Positions 54,359 to 64,000 of a stretch of DNA of 64,000 bases are shown here, piece by piece. The notes beneath the pieces are model-generated. The model searched no databases and was not told the origin of the DNA. It worked only from the letters and a program-made list of their open reading frames with translations. The first letter of the stretch is position 1; each line of letters begins with the position of its first letter. Made by a program: the position numbers and the translations under genes. Origin of the DNA: Octopus bimaculoides (taxonomy: Eukaryota); assembly GCF_001194135.2 (NCBI RefSeq), contig NC_068982.1:50366742-50430741 (forward strand). Direction: 5' to 3'.

Positions 54359-56384
54359 TAGTGATAGTATATGAATATAATGGGCTAAAGCTTAAATTTT
54401 TTTTTAATTACATAGAACCTAAGTACAAAAATTATAGGATTGTAAAATATCAAATTATGGTTAGTGTTATAATTATTGTAATTATTAGATTTTATTGTAT
54501 TTTAACCTTCATGGTATTTTAATTATTGTAATTATTATTAGGCTGATTAGTAGAATCATAAGAGCATTGGAGAAAGACTCTTGCTGCAGGATTTCTTCCT
54601 GCTGTTGATGTTCTAAGTTCAAATCCTGCTGAGGTTAACTTTTGCCTCTGTGGGTATCAGTAAAATACAATACAGTCAAGTATTAAGGTCAGCATATTTG
54701 ATTATTCCCATTCCATAAATTTCAGACCTTGTTCCTATGTTAGAAACAATTATTATAATTATTATTGTTGTTTATGTTGTGGATGGCAGAATCGGTAGAT
54801 CACCCATCAAAATCTTTCATGCAGTTTTTAGTTATTTCTAGAGTTAGAATAATGTTGAACTTGCTTAATCCCTTAATCATCCTTCTGGGGTTGATGTAAT
54901 TGGTTATACACTTCTCCCAAAATTTTTCTCTTGTACCTCTGTAAAATATATTGGTTTAAGATTATTGTAATTATCAGTACATTAGCTGAAGCGTTTCCTT
55001 TAAACTTTGAAGATTACTTTTATATTACTTTAATAATTGTAAAACTATTTGCATTTTTTAGCCATAAAGCTATCAGTACAATGATTTCTACCATATGTAT
55101 ATGCATTTATATATANNNNNNNNNNNNNNNNNNNNNNNNNNNNNNNNNNNNNNNNNNNNNNNNNNNNNNNNNNNNNNNNNNNNNNNNNNNNNNNNNNNNN
55201 NNNNNNNNNNNNNNNNNNNNNNNNNNNNNNNNNNNNNNNNNNNNNNNNNNNNNNNNNNNNNNNNNNNNNNNNNNNNNNNNNNNNNNNNNNNNNNNNNNNN
55301 NNNNNNNNNNNNNNNNNNNNNNNNNNNNNNNNNNNNNNNNNNNNNNNNNNNNNNNNNNNNNNNNNNNNNNNNNNNNNNNNNNNNNNNNNNNNNNNNNNNN
55401 NNNNNNNNNNNNNNNNNNNNNNNNNNNNNNNNNNNNNNNNNNNNNNNNNNNNNNNNNGTATGTTTTACAATATAATATTGTAAAATTGTATCTTTAAAAA
55501 AAAAATTTTATTCTATATAATATTGTATCTGAAACCAAAACAAACTGAACATCTTCAAGACATTCCAAACTGTATATAAGTAATGAAACAATTAATCCCA
55601 AAAGTTAAAAGGGATTTATATATATAAAAAGTGCTAATATGTTATTTTTGGTACTTAAATGCATAAAATAAAAATGTTTTCCTGTAAAAAAAAATAAATA
55701 AAAATTATTCTTTTAGAAATTTGGTTTTTTCTTTCACTTTTAAATTTCATTGTTTTATGTGTTTGTCTTTTTATGTTAAATTCTGATTGAAAATTCAAAA
55801 CTTAGCATTTTTTGTTTCCTTTTGACTATGTGTCTGTAAGAACTAAAAAAGAATATGTGTAGTATTCGAAAGTAGAATAAAACAGATTTAGCTTATCTTT
55901 TTATTAAAATATCATAAATTACATAATTTTTACATATGTTTCACTAATGAATAATAGTATGCTGTGCAGTAATCATAATGTAAATGATTACAGAATTGCA
56001 TTGAAACACAAGATCTTCAGAAGAAAAGTAGTAATTTAATCCATAGTTATTTAACAGCCTTGGTTGGTTGGCAGTACTAAATGAAAACTATTATATAATG
56101 CATATATGATCATCATTTTGAATCTGCTGTATGTCACTGTAGTCCAGAGATGTCTTATGTGGGGCATCTATTATCTAACAAGGCATTGAAAGGTTCTGGA
56201 TTGGATCCTTAGACAATCAGAAAAACTGCACTGCAGTATTTTTTCCAGTTCTTTACATTTTGAATTCATTCAATTGGTTGGTTGGCAGAAACTTAAAAAT
56301 GCACCTGTAACTTACTTTAAAATGTCTCAAGCAGATTCAGTAAATGGCAAAAAAAGGCTTGGGAATGTCAAGGGAACAGGTCTG

Positions 56385-57118
56385 GCTCAGCAGGTGGTCC
56401 CAGTGTATCACAGACTGGACCCGGTCGTCATCCTGCCACTGTGGTCAAACAATCTTCAAGAAAAAGTAAAAATACACATCCTTTGAATTTTGGTTGTTGG
56501 AATGTGTGCACACTTCTTGATGATAATTTCAACAATAGGCCAGAAAGAGGTACTGCACTTATTGCATGTGAGCTCAAGAAATATTTCCTTGATATAGTTG
56601 CCCTCTCTGAAACTCGTCTCTCTGGTGAGGTTCAAGTAAATGAACCTACTTATGGATATACTGTCTTTTTGGAGAGGCTTACCTAAGGGTCAGCATAGAG
56701 AATCTGGTATTGGGTTTGCTCTCAAGAATACATTAGTATCCTCCATTGCAGAGCTTCCAAGTGGTGTATCTGAACGGATCATGTCATGCTGTATTAAACT
56801 GACAAAAGGTAGGTTTCTTACTGTTGTCAGTATTTATGCACCAACAATGTCCCATTCTGGGGAAACTGTAGGACAGTTTTATGATGATCTGGCACGATTA
56901 TTGATGAAAGTATCAATTTCTAACAAGCTGGTCATATTGAGAGATTTCAATGCAAGAGTTAGAAAGGACTATGTTTCATAGCCTGTTTTAGGTCAACATG
57001 GGATTGGAAAATGCAATAAAATTGGAGTAGTTCTTTTGATGTTTTGTACTGAGAATAATCTAGTTGTTACCAACACAGTTTAAGCAGAAAAATAAATATA
57101 AATCCGCCTGGATGCACA
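56385..57118 (+). mobile_element. RTE-clade LINE 5' fragment (AP-endonuclease domain), pseudogenised
   Basis: FGCWNVCTLLD..RPERGTALIACEL....DIVALSETRL, then frameshift to GIGFA..SERIM..LTVVSIYAPT..FYDDL..LVILRDFNARV, then stop, GQHGIGKCN..G..LL.FC.ENNLVVTNT..WMH. No RT follows. Confidence 0.9.
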
Positions 57119-57350
57119 CAGAATGAAACAGCCCTCCCTTCTTTCAAAAAGAAGGCACTTGTGTGCTATCTTTATAGAGGACTAGAATTACAGCTAAATC
57201 TGTCCTACTCTCAATAACATGTTGGACATAGTCAAAGCCACTGAATGAGCAGCAGAACCCAACTTATTTGCATCACGAAGAAAGTTTTTTTGCGGATCAG
57301 GCGCAGAAGAAAACATAAAGTGCATAATATATAATTTGATTATTACATAC

Positions 57351-57594
57351 ATAATGCAAAAACACCCAGAAGACTGCGATAGTCATAAAAAGAGATTTTA
57401 AAATTTATTCTTTGTGTGGCATTCGGTACCAAATGACCCACGCTCGGGTACTGGTCCGCGGCTAGCTGGTTGGGGATCTCCGGTACATTGGAAAGTCTTG
57501 GCATTCTCCTTACATTTTGGATAAGTCCTGTTGACAATCCAACTGTACCTGCAAAGCTTATTTCGAACTGGTTGCATTTCAACACCAAGAACTT
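57351..57594 (-). CDS. Candidate exon of an unidentified minus-strand gene
   Basis: GC/CpG-rich island in AT-rich surroundings. Two possible acceptors (TTTTCAG at 57596-95; TTTGCAG at 57550-49) and a GTATGT donor after 57351. Two frames are open: ...GTVGLSTGLIQNVRRMPRLSNVPEIPNQLAADQYPSVGHLVPNATQRINFKISFYDYRSLLGVFAL and ...EMQPVRNKLCRYSWIVNRTYPKCKENAKTFQCTGDPQPASRGPVPERGSFGTECHTKNKF*. No family recognised. Confidence 0.4.
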
Positions 57595-60500
57595 CTGAAA
57601 ACTGCCTATAATCCTTAACCTGACTATTCCATAGAAAGATTGGATTTATTGGAATATATTGGCTACAGAATGAAGATTGTGTTGTGCAATTCTTAATTGT
57701 AGGCTACAGATGATTTCATTTCGTCGACAATACACACTAGATTCAGTCTATTTTGAGAATAATTGTTTGAATCACCAAGGGAACAATGAATCGCTGAAGG
57801 ACTGCAAGAATACTAAAGATTCATCACATCTCTAGGGTCGTTGAACAATCGATTCTATCATACAAATTTATCAAAGTAATCAACTCCTTTTGTATCACTA
57901 TGTTTTATTTCTTGTATACAGCTACGATCCAGAGATAATTATCTGTATTATGCGATGTTTATATCCCATTTTCAAATCTTAACTGTTTGAGCATAAATTC
58001 ATCTTATTGCTGTTTCTTTTCTCGTCATAAATAATTTCGCAAATTATACTAGAAAGAATTAACATCAGCAATCAATGAATGAAAAGAAGGACAAAATTGG
58101 CAGGTACTGCTTGACAGCAGACTAAACGCATTACAGTATTTAGTTTTGTTCCTGTGTATTCTGAATTGAAATCCTACCCTAATTGACTTTGTTTTACAGG
58201 CATATGAGGGTACTGTTAAAACAGACACTGGTATTAAAGAGAGGGATCAGATCAATTAACTGCCGCACCTTACTCCCATCAAAATAGCTACTTCCCTTCA
58301 TAAAAGAAATTTAGCACCACATCAGAGTTAAATTTTTCCTGCGATTGTGTGTAATACTATTAAAACAAGATTTTTAAGTTGGCTCCTTAAAAGTGCGCAT
58401 TTTTAAGTCGGTTCCTGCACAGGGCTAATTGGGCCCAAAACTAAAGAGAGATAAATAGCATGATTCTAATACGTCTATAATGACTAAATATACCCCGGTG
58501 GTATTTGATCAGAGGCTAAGGACGGATGAGAATTAATCCTGTAGTGCAATCATTCTATATTGCTCCAGTCCCAAGTTGAATTCAAACTATTGGCCAATTT
58601 GCCCCTAAGTTCTTATCTCGACGTAAAATTTATTTCCTCCTTGATCTTTGACGTCATCTGAGAAACGTTAACCAAGTTGGTGTGAATCAGTTAAGCTTTA
58701 CCTGCTAGAAATAGCAACCTAAATGCTTTTAAATCAGATCACAATGCTGGATGTTCAAGAACCAAATGAAGAGCAGATTTTCAACCCTGGGATCATCCTG
58801 ATTCTAAAATGGTATATGTCTATGTAGAGAAAACGTAGACTGAGATACAGGGGTCCCGGATAGACAGAATTTCGCGTTTATTAATATAGAAGTAATTTTC
58901 GTAAATTTGAAGGAAATGATATACTTCTAACATTACTACCAACCAACAATTACATCAGAGCAAGGATCATAAGTGCGGGACGAAATTCGATTAGTGGGTG
59001 CAAACCCAGTTCTTCAGGTAGATGATCAAAGTGTTTTCACTGCCTCTCGAAAGTCTTAGTGGGTGCGCTGGTATTCCCTATTCTCGAGCCTGCTGGAAGG
59101 ATTGCAATAGATTTAATAGACCGAGTACTAAACATATTTTATTTCATCGACCTCGGAGACAGGAAATGCGAAGTTGACTCTTACGGAATTCCTAATCTAA
59201 ATGTATTAAAAATACATATTATTGAACCCACTTTCCCTTAAAACTTAATATTAATTAGTTTTGAAGTAATGTATTTGTGGCTAGTTAAAAGTGGTTTACA
59301 GCTGCTGACAACGATTCTAAATGAGTGTCGAAACTTATATACGACTGTTCCTTCTTTCTCTGTTCACAAGCATATAAAGATATGTTGTTTACATTCGTCG
59401 TAATAAAATGTTGGCTAACACATATAAACATATGTTCGAGAGTATATTATATAAAAATGAAGAGGAACGTGACTAAATATTCTCATCATATTATTCAGTC
59501 AGTCGATCTACCGAATCTAGTACTCACCTTCATAAAAATATATAAGAAGGAAATGAGTGATTGGTAAACGGGGCAAAATGAGTAATTTCCGATTTCTTGT
59601 TATTTATTTTTTTGTCTATTTGAAACCAATATATTGCAAATACTGCATCGTCATTTTGTACTGTTGCATTTGGGAGTAAAAATTGGTCAGCATAGTTGTT
59701 GCTTAAGTTGAGAAAGTTTGAAACATATTGAAGTGACAGGTCTTCTTTTTTTCAAGAATTTTTTCGTCCAATTTGACGCGATTATAATTGAGATAGCTAA
59801 TTAAATATCTGGATTATCTTTGGTATTTAACAATTAACATTCTTTTCCCTGTTGGATTTCAAGTCAATTTCTTTCACACTAAAATCTATTTTGATCATTT
59901 TCAATTTAAAAAAAAAATGTCTAAATTGGAGTAAAATGAGTAATGACTAATTTCAACAATTTCTTCTCTTTAACTGCACGGTGCGTAAATATATCACGAA
60001 GAGAGCTACTCCAGCAGATCGTGAAGTAGATTTAGTCCAGTTTCGTTAATTTCATATCATATGCCATTTTTCTATGATCTTCCTGATGTCTTAGGACGGA
60101 TAATGATGTGCATGAGTCTTTTTTTCAAATGTAATTCTGGAGAATTGAAAGGGCAGATTTATCCATCTTGTCTTACTCATTCTACCCCAACTAAATTTGT
60201 CTTTTATATGCTCAAAGAGAATGATGATAATTTTTTGAAAATGTGTTCTGAATATTTTGTAATGTTTTTAATGCGTTTAAAGAAGGTCATTTGCTTCGCT
60301 GATATAGTTTTTGCAATGTAGTGAACATTTGTAAAAGGTATATTTTTTCTTTAAGTCAAAAAAATTCAGTAAATCTTATTAATTTTGCTCCATCTCCTAG
60401 AGAAGCTTGTTGTATAACGATCTTCGTTACATAATTATGAAATCAGGGCTTCTTTCTATTACTGTAAGCAATCCAAATGTGGAGAAAAGAAACTGCTCTT

Positions 60501-61135
60501 AAATTGCCAAGATTTTATATTTTTATTGCATATGTAATTTAATCATATAGAAAATTATTGAAACCTACTATTAAGGGATTTAATGGTGTTATAAAAAAAG
60601 TGCTGTTTCATCAAGATTATTAATTCAATCTTTGTTCTTTCCTTATATATGCACGTGGTATATTTATCATCGTCAACATGGCTGCTGTATGAGCAAATGG
60701 ACTGTACATCTGTGCTTTATCTTGTAAACGAACAATCTTAACCCTGTTGATCCGTGTATACGATCAAATTTAACAAAGGCAGCATTACGCCCGAGCCTCA
60801 CGTTCAATCAGAATGGTGTAATAAAACTCACCATACCGCAAAGTTTTTAACACCATTACACCCACTTAATAAACAGTAGGTTTCGTATATTTTGCCCGCC
60901 CTTGTACACACATAGGTCTTCATAATAATCATCTTTATTTGCTCTCATACACGCCTCTGCTTGTTGAAAATTCTTCACAGCAAAGTTATGTAAACAGAAG
61001 ACGAGAAGTTTCGAAATTAGTTTAAAGAATCCAGCCCTTAACCTATGCCATCCACTCATACTCTTTGACATCGTTCCCTTTTAAGAACCAGGTTCTTAAA
61101 CCCAAACTACCCGCACACACTCTAGCATTACTCAC

Positions 61136-61173
61136 CCTTCAATACTTTTTTTCAGAAAGCACGTTGAGACCAT
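61136..61173 (-). CDS. Candidate 38-nt micro-exon of a minus-strand gene (may be UTR)
   Basis: About 70-nt polypyrimidine tract ending CACAG, then 38 nt, then GG|GTGAGT. The only open frame is MVSTCFLKKSIE(G), ending in phase 2, compatible with the 57548 acceptor in the Cys-containing frame. Confidence 0.4.
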
Positions 61174-61319
61174 CTGTGCAGTGAGAAGAAGAAGAAAAAA
61201 AATTCAAGAAAAAAGAAAAAAAAAATCAATGAAAGATAAAGGAAGAAGAGTGCGCCAGTTAAAGAGATATTGAGTGTACGTCAACCTTCTCAAAATAGTT
61301 CAAGTTTGAGGTTACTTAT

Positions 61320-61640
61320 ATTACAGAGAGCACTTTTTCATCTTTAGACACATGTTGTTTACCTGTGTAGCACTGTTGTTATGACAGTGATATTGGTGAT
61401 GGTGTTGAGGATTGTAATGAAAGCATTGGTAGTAATATTGGTGGTGGTGGTGGGGACTAATGGAGGTGTACGTAGTGGTGGAAGAAGTGGTGGATAGAAT
61501 GTAAGATAATGAAGATGACGGCGATGGAAGTGATAACATTGAGAGTAACTGATGATCGTAGTAGTTATAGTGGTAGTATGGGCTAGCGTGGAAGTGGTAG
61601 TTTTGAGGTGGGGTGTTTGTTCATCGTCATCACTATTGCA
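61320..61640. repeat. Degenerate (GTG/GAT/GTA)n trinucleotide low-complexity tract
   Basis: Read directly from the sequence. It produces the His/Ser/Thr-rich spurious ORF 61321-61539. Confidence 0.7.
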
Positions 61641-62231
61641 GTGGTATATATAATATTCCTTTTTATTAGCGACAGAAGTAGTATTAATACTGAGAGGTAA
61701 TATTTATCTCCACTGAAACGTGGCTGTTCTGTTATAACAAACTATACTACGGTAAATACCCCGAGAGAAACTCTCACATTGACTTTTGGTACAAAATACA
61801 CTCATATTTATATCCCTAACAGGCAGATAAATCCCTGCCACCTCCAGCTCCGAGACTACCAGATCATGTGATTTCGACGCCCCTCTTGCTAATATATATT
61901 TTTTAACAAGCTCACCGACTCACTGTAACACCAGCGCCTGTTCTGGCACTATTATTCTAATCATCGCTGGCGGGGAGATGAATCGCTGCTAGCTCTAACA
62001 GTCGAACGATGAAAAGATGAAAGGTAAAGCCGACCGCGATAGAATTTGAACTCAAAACATAGATCCGGAAGAAATGCCGCTAAGCATTTAGTGTGACTTG
62101 CCAATGATTCTGCTAGCTCTTGTGGTATAATTAATATTGGGCCGTTATTGTTTAGTACAGTCTCTACACTTGCCGAACAAACCTATGAGCACAAGCGTTC
62201 CGGTAATGGCCATCTCACATATTTACGACAA

Positions 62232-62475
62232 TAAACTTGCAGAATCGCTAACACATCGGACAAAATGCTCCGCGGCATTTCTTTTGGCTCTTTATGTTCT
62301 GAGTTCGTATTGCGCCAAAGTAGACATTGTCTTTCATCTTTTCGGATTCGATGAAATAAAGGACCAGTCGAGAACCGAAGTTGATAAAATAAAGTATCAA
62401 TCAAGAACTGGGGTCGATGTAATTAACTGCCGTATCTCTTTAAAATTGTTGAATTTGTGCCTAAATTCGAAAGAA
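62232..62475 (+). mobile_element. SINE family C, CpG-retaining copy
   Basis: Same family as 36866-37063. Diverged yet keeps many CpGs. Confidence 0.75.
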
Positions 62476-62543
62476 TATTTAAGACTGCAATATCCAGTAT
62501 GTCCTCTCTTGTAACTTTTTAGAGATCGAGCAATCATGCAGAG

Positions 62544-62888
62544 CAGTGGTTCTCAATCATTTTTTACATGCAGACGGACCCCTTTGATTAAAATTTTGTT
62601 CTGATGAGCTCCAACCTAGCCATTCGATATTTTAAATCTATTTCTATAGATACTTCTTTTAAAATACTTATTTTGCCTTTCTCACATTCACTTGTGTAGG
62701 TTGAAGCATGTAAAACGTTTGGCAAAGAAACCTAGCTGTTTCTTGCTATAAATACATTTAAATTAAAACTTTTCATAGACCTATAAAATATTACTGTGGG
62801 TCTCCAATTTAATATTTTGCTTGCATGGACCATGAACAATCTTATATGGGACCCTAAGGATCATATGAACCAAGGTTAAGAACCACAG
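62544..62888. mobile_element. Non-autonomous hAT element
   Basis: CAGTGGTTCTCAA ... TTAAGAACCACAG. Flanks ATGCAGAG / ATGTAGGG match at 6 of 8 positions. Confidence 0.65.
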
Positions 62889-63244
62889 ATGTAGGGTCTT
62901 CTTCGTTGGTTTATGATTTTAGTCATGATTACAATAGATTGGGGAATAATCAGTTAATGAATTAATATTGCTGGAATAAGAAGGTAATCCATTGCCAAGC
63001 CGAGTCTATCAGTTTTGATTCTTCTTTGAAGACCTTAGTTTTTATCTGTTATGTTCTTCAGAAATGTAAGAATTACTTAAGCACATTTGCACCCCAATAA
63101 TATATAATTATATGTATACATGCCTGCATGTATGTATGTATATATATGTATGTAATTTAACTATTTCTCCGGAGATTGTAAAAGATGATGAACATCTTTA
63201 ATCGATTTTCGGACCTTTTGGGTTCTTATCAAATGTATCATATG

Positions 63245-63300
<56 letters not shown>

Positions 63301-63303
63301 TAA

Positions 63304-63433
63304 ATGAAGAGGCCTAGTGAATCATGTATGTACCCCCATTACATCATTTTCATCTACTAATTACTCCAGCGTACTGGAGTTATATAGATAAAATGGGGCA
63401 TGCCAACACTAGGCCGAAACACCTGTAAGATGT
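63304..63433 (+). ncRNA. Hammerhead-like motif with extended helix II, 5' end eroded
   Basis: (a)UGAAGA GGCCUAGUG ...87 nt... CACUAGGCC GAAA CA-cc-UGUA^ AGAUGU. A perfect 9-bp helix II sits exactly between the two core halves. C3 and the 5' strand of helix I are replaced by (TA)n-like sequence. Confidence 0.6.
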
Positions 63434-63598
63434 TGTCCCTTCTCTAAATGCTAGATGTCCATTAAATTTGAAATCTTAATCGTTGATATGACATGGTATG
63501 TCATGTGTCTGTATATTGTCCTTTTTGTCATTTTGGTTATAAAATAAACAGATTAATCAACGTTGATGAGTACCTCATATTCCCCTCCATTTTCTTAT

Positions 63599-63642
<44 letters not shown>

Positions 63643-63948
63643 TATGGACTCTCCTGTCGAAGACGATGTATGAGCATTTAGCTTTTGCCGAACGACCTGC
63701 ACAAATGTTTTGTTTATAGTGATCAAATGTTTGTGCTGCACTCTCTCCATCAAATCGATATTATACCATGCGTCAGGTGTCAAAGTGATCACACATCAAC
63801 GAACGTGAGATGAAGTGTTTTGCTCAAGAACACAACGTACCACCCGCTCTCGGAATTGAAACCAAGATCTCGCAATCGTGATTGCAGCTCCCTAACCACT
63901 AAGTCATGCGCCCTAACATATATATGTAAGTGTGTGTGTGTATACATC

Positions 63949-64000
<52 letters not shown>

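Noticed and set aside
56380-56460. Possible HDV-like ribozyme at the RTE 5' end
   Set aside because: Hairpins are present (GGTCCCAGT/ACTGGACC), but I could not build the nested double pseudoknot by eye. An RNArobo or Infernal search is needed.
58975-59022. Minus-strand CTGAAGA followed by ACTGGG/CCCACT hairpin
   Set aside because: No GAAA directly after the stem and no helix I. Too degenerate to call a hammerhead.
60832-61071. ORF 60856-61071 and a strong minus-strand donor (TG|GTGAGT after 60832)
   Set aside because: No acceptor gives an open, phase-compatible exon, and no motif is recognisable.
61916-61948. Possible upstream exon CQNRRWCYSES that would form a PAN/apple-like C-C-CxLK pattern with the micro-exon
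   Set aside because: The acceptor lacks a pyrimidine tract and is preceded by in-frame stops. The resemblance is probably chance.

Overview
AT-rich animal genomic DNA with six assembly gaps. The dense SINE families, (AT)n/(CA)n microsatellites and TTAGGG repeats point to a cephalopod, most likely Octopus (inferred from repeat content). One well-supported gene lies on the + strand: a 10-Cys Ly6/uPAR three-finger protein of the Quiver/Sleepless-U-scoloptoxin(05)-like group, predicted GPI-anchored. Its coding exons are 23114-23278 and 50880-51100, separated by a 27.6-kb intron, with a probable signal-peptide exon at 17039-17095. The start-codon exon is not located. A second, unidentified gene may lie on the - strand near 57.3-61.2 kb. 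Most of the rest is repeats: several tRNA-derived SINE families, RTE, CR1, Penelope and Gypsy remnants, a fold-back mariner, piggyBac-type MITEs, hAT-type elements, and a TIR element with a telomeric palindromic core. The most notable observation is six hammerhead-ribozyme-like motifs from four unrelated repeat families: a 351-bp tandem plus inverted retrozyme/Penelope-pLTR-like unit in the Ly6 intron, a tRNA-headed SINE carrying a hammerhead as a head-to-head dimer, a hammerhead with an extended helix II, and one at the 3' end of a decayed Penelope. CpG content also rises sharply after about 57.2 kb. All assignments were made by eye; no searches or folding programs were run.
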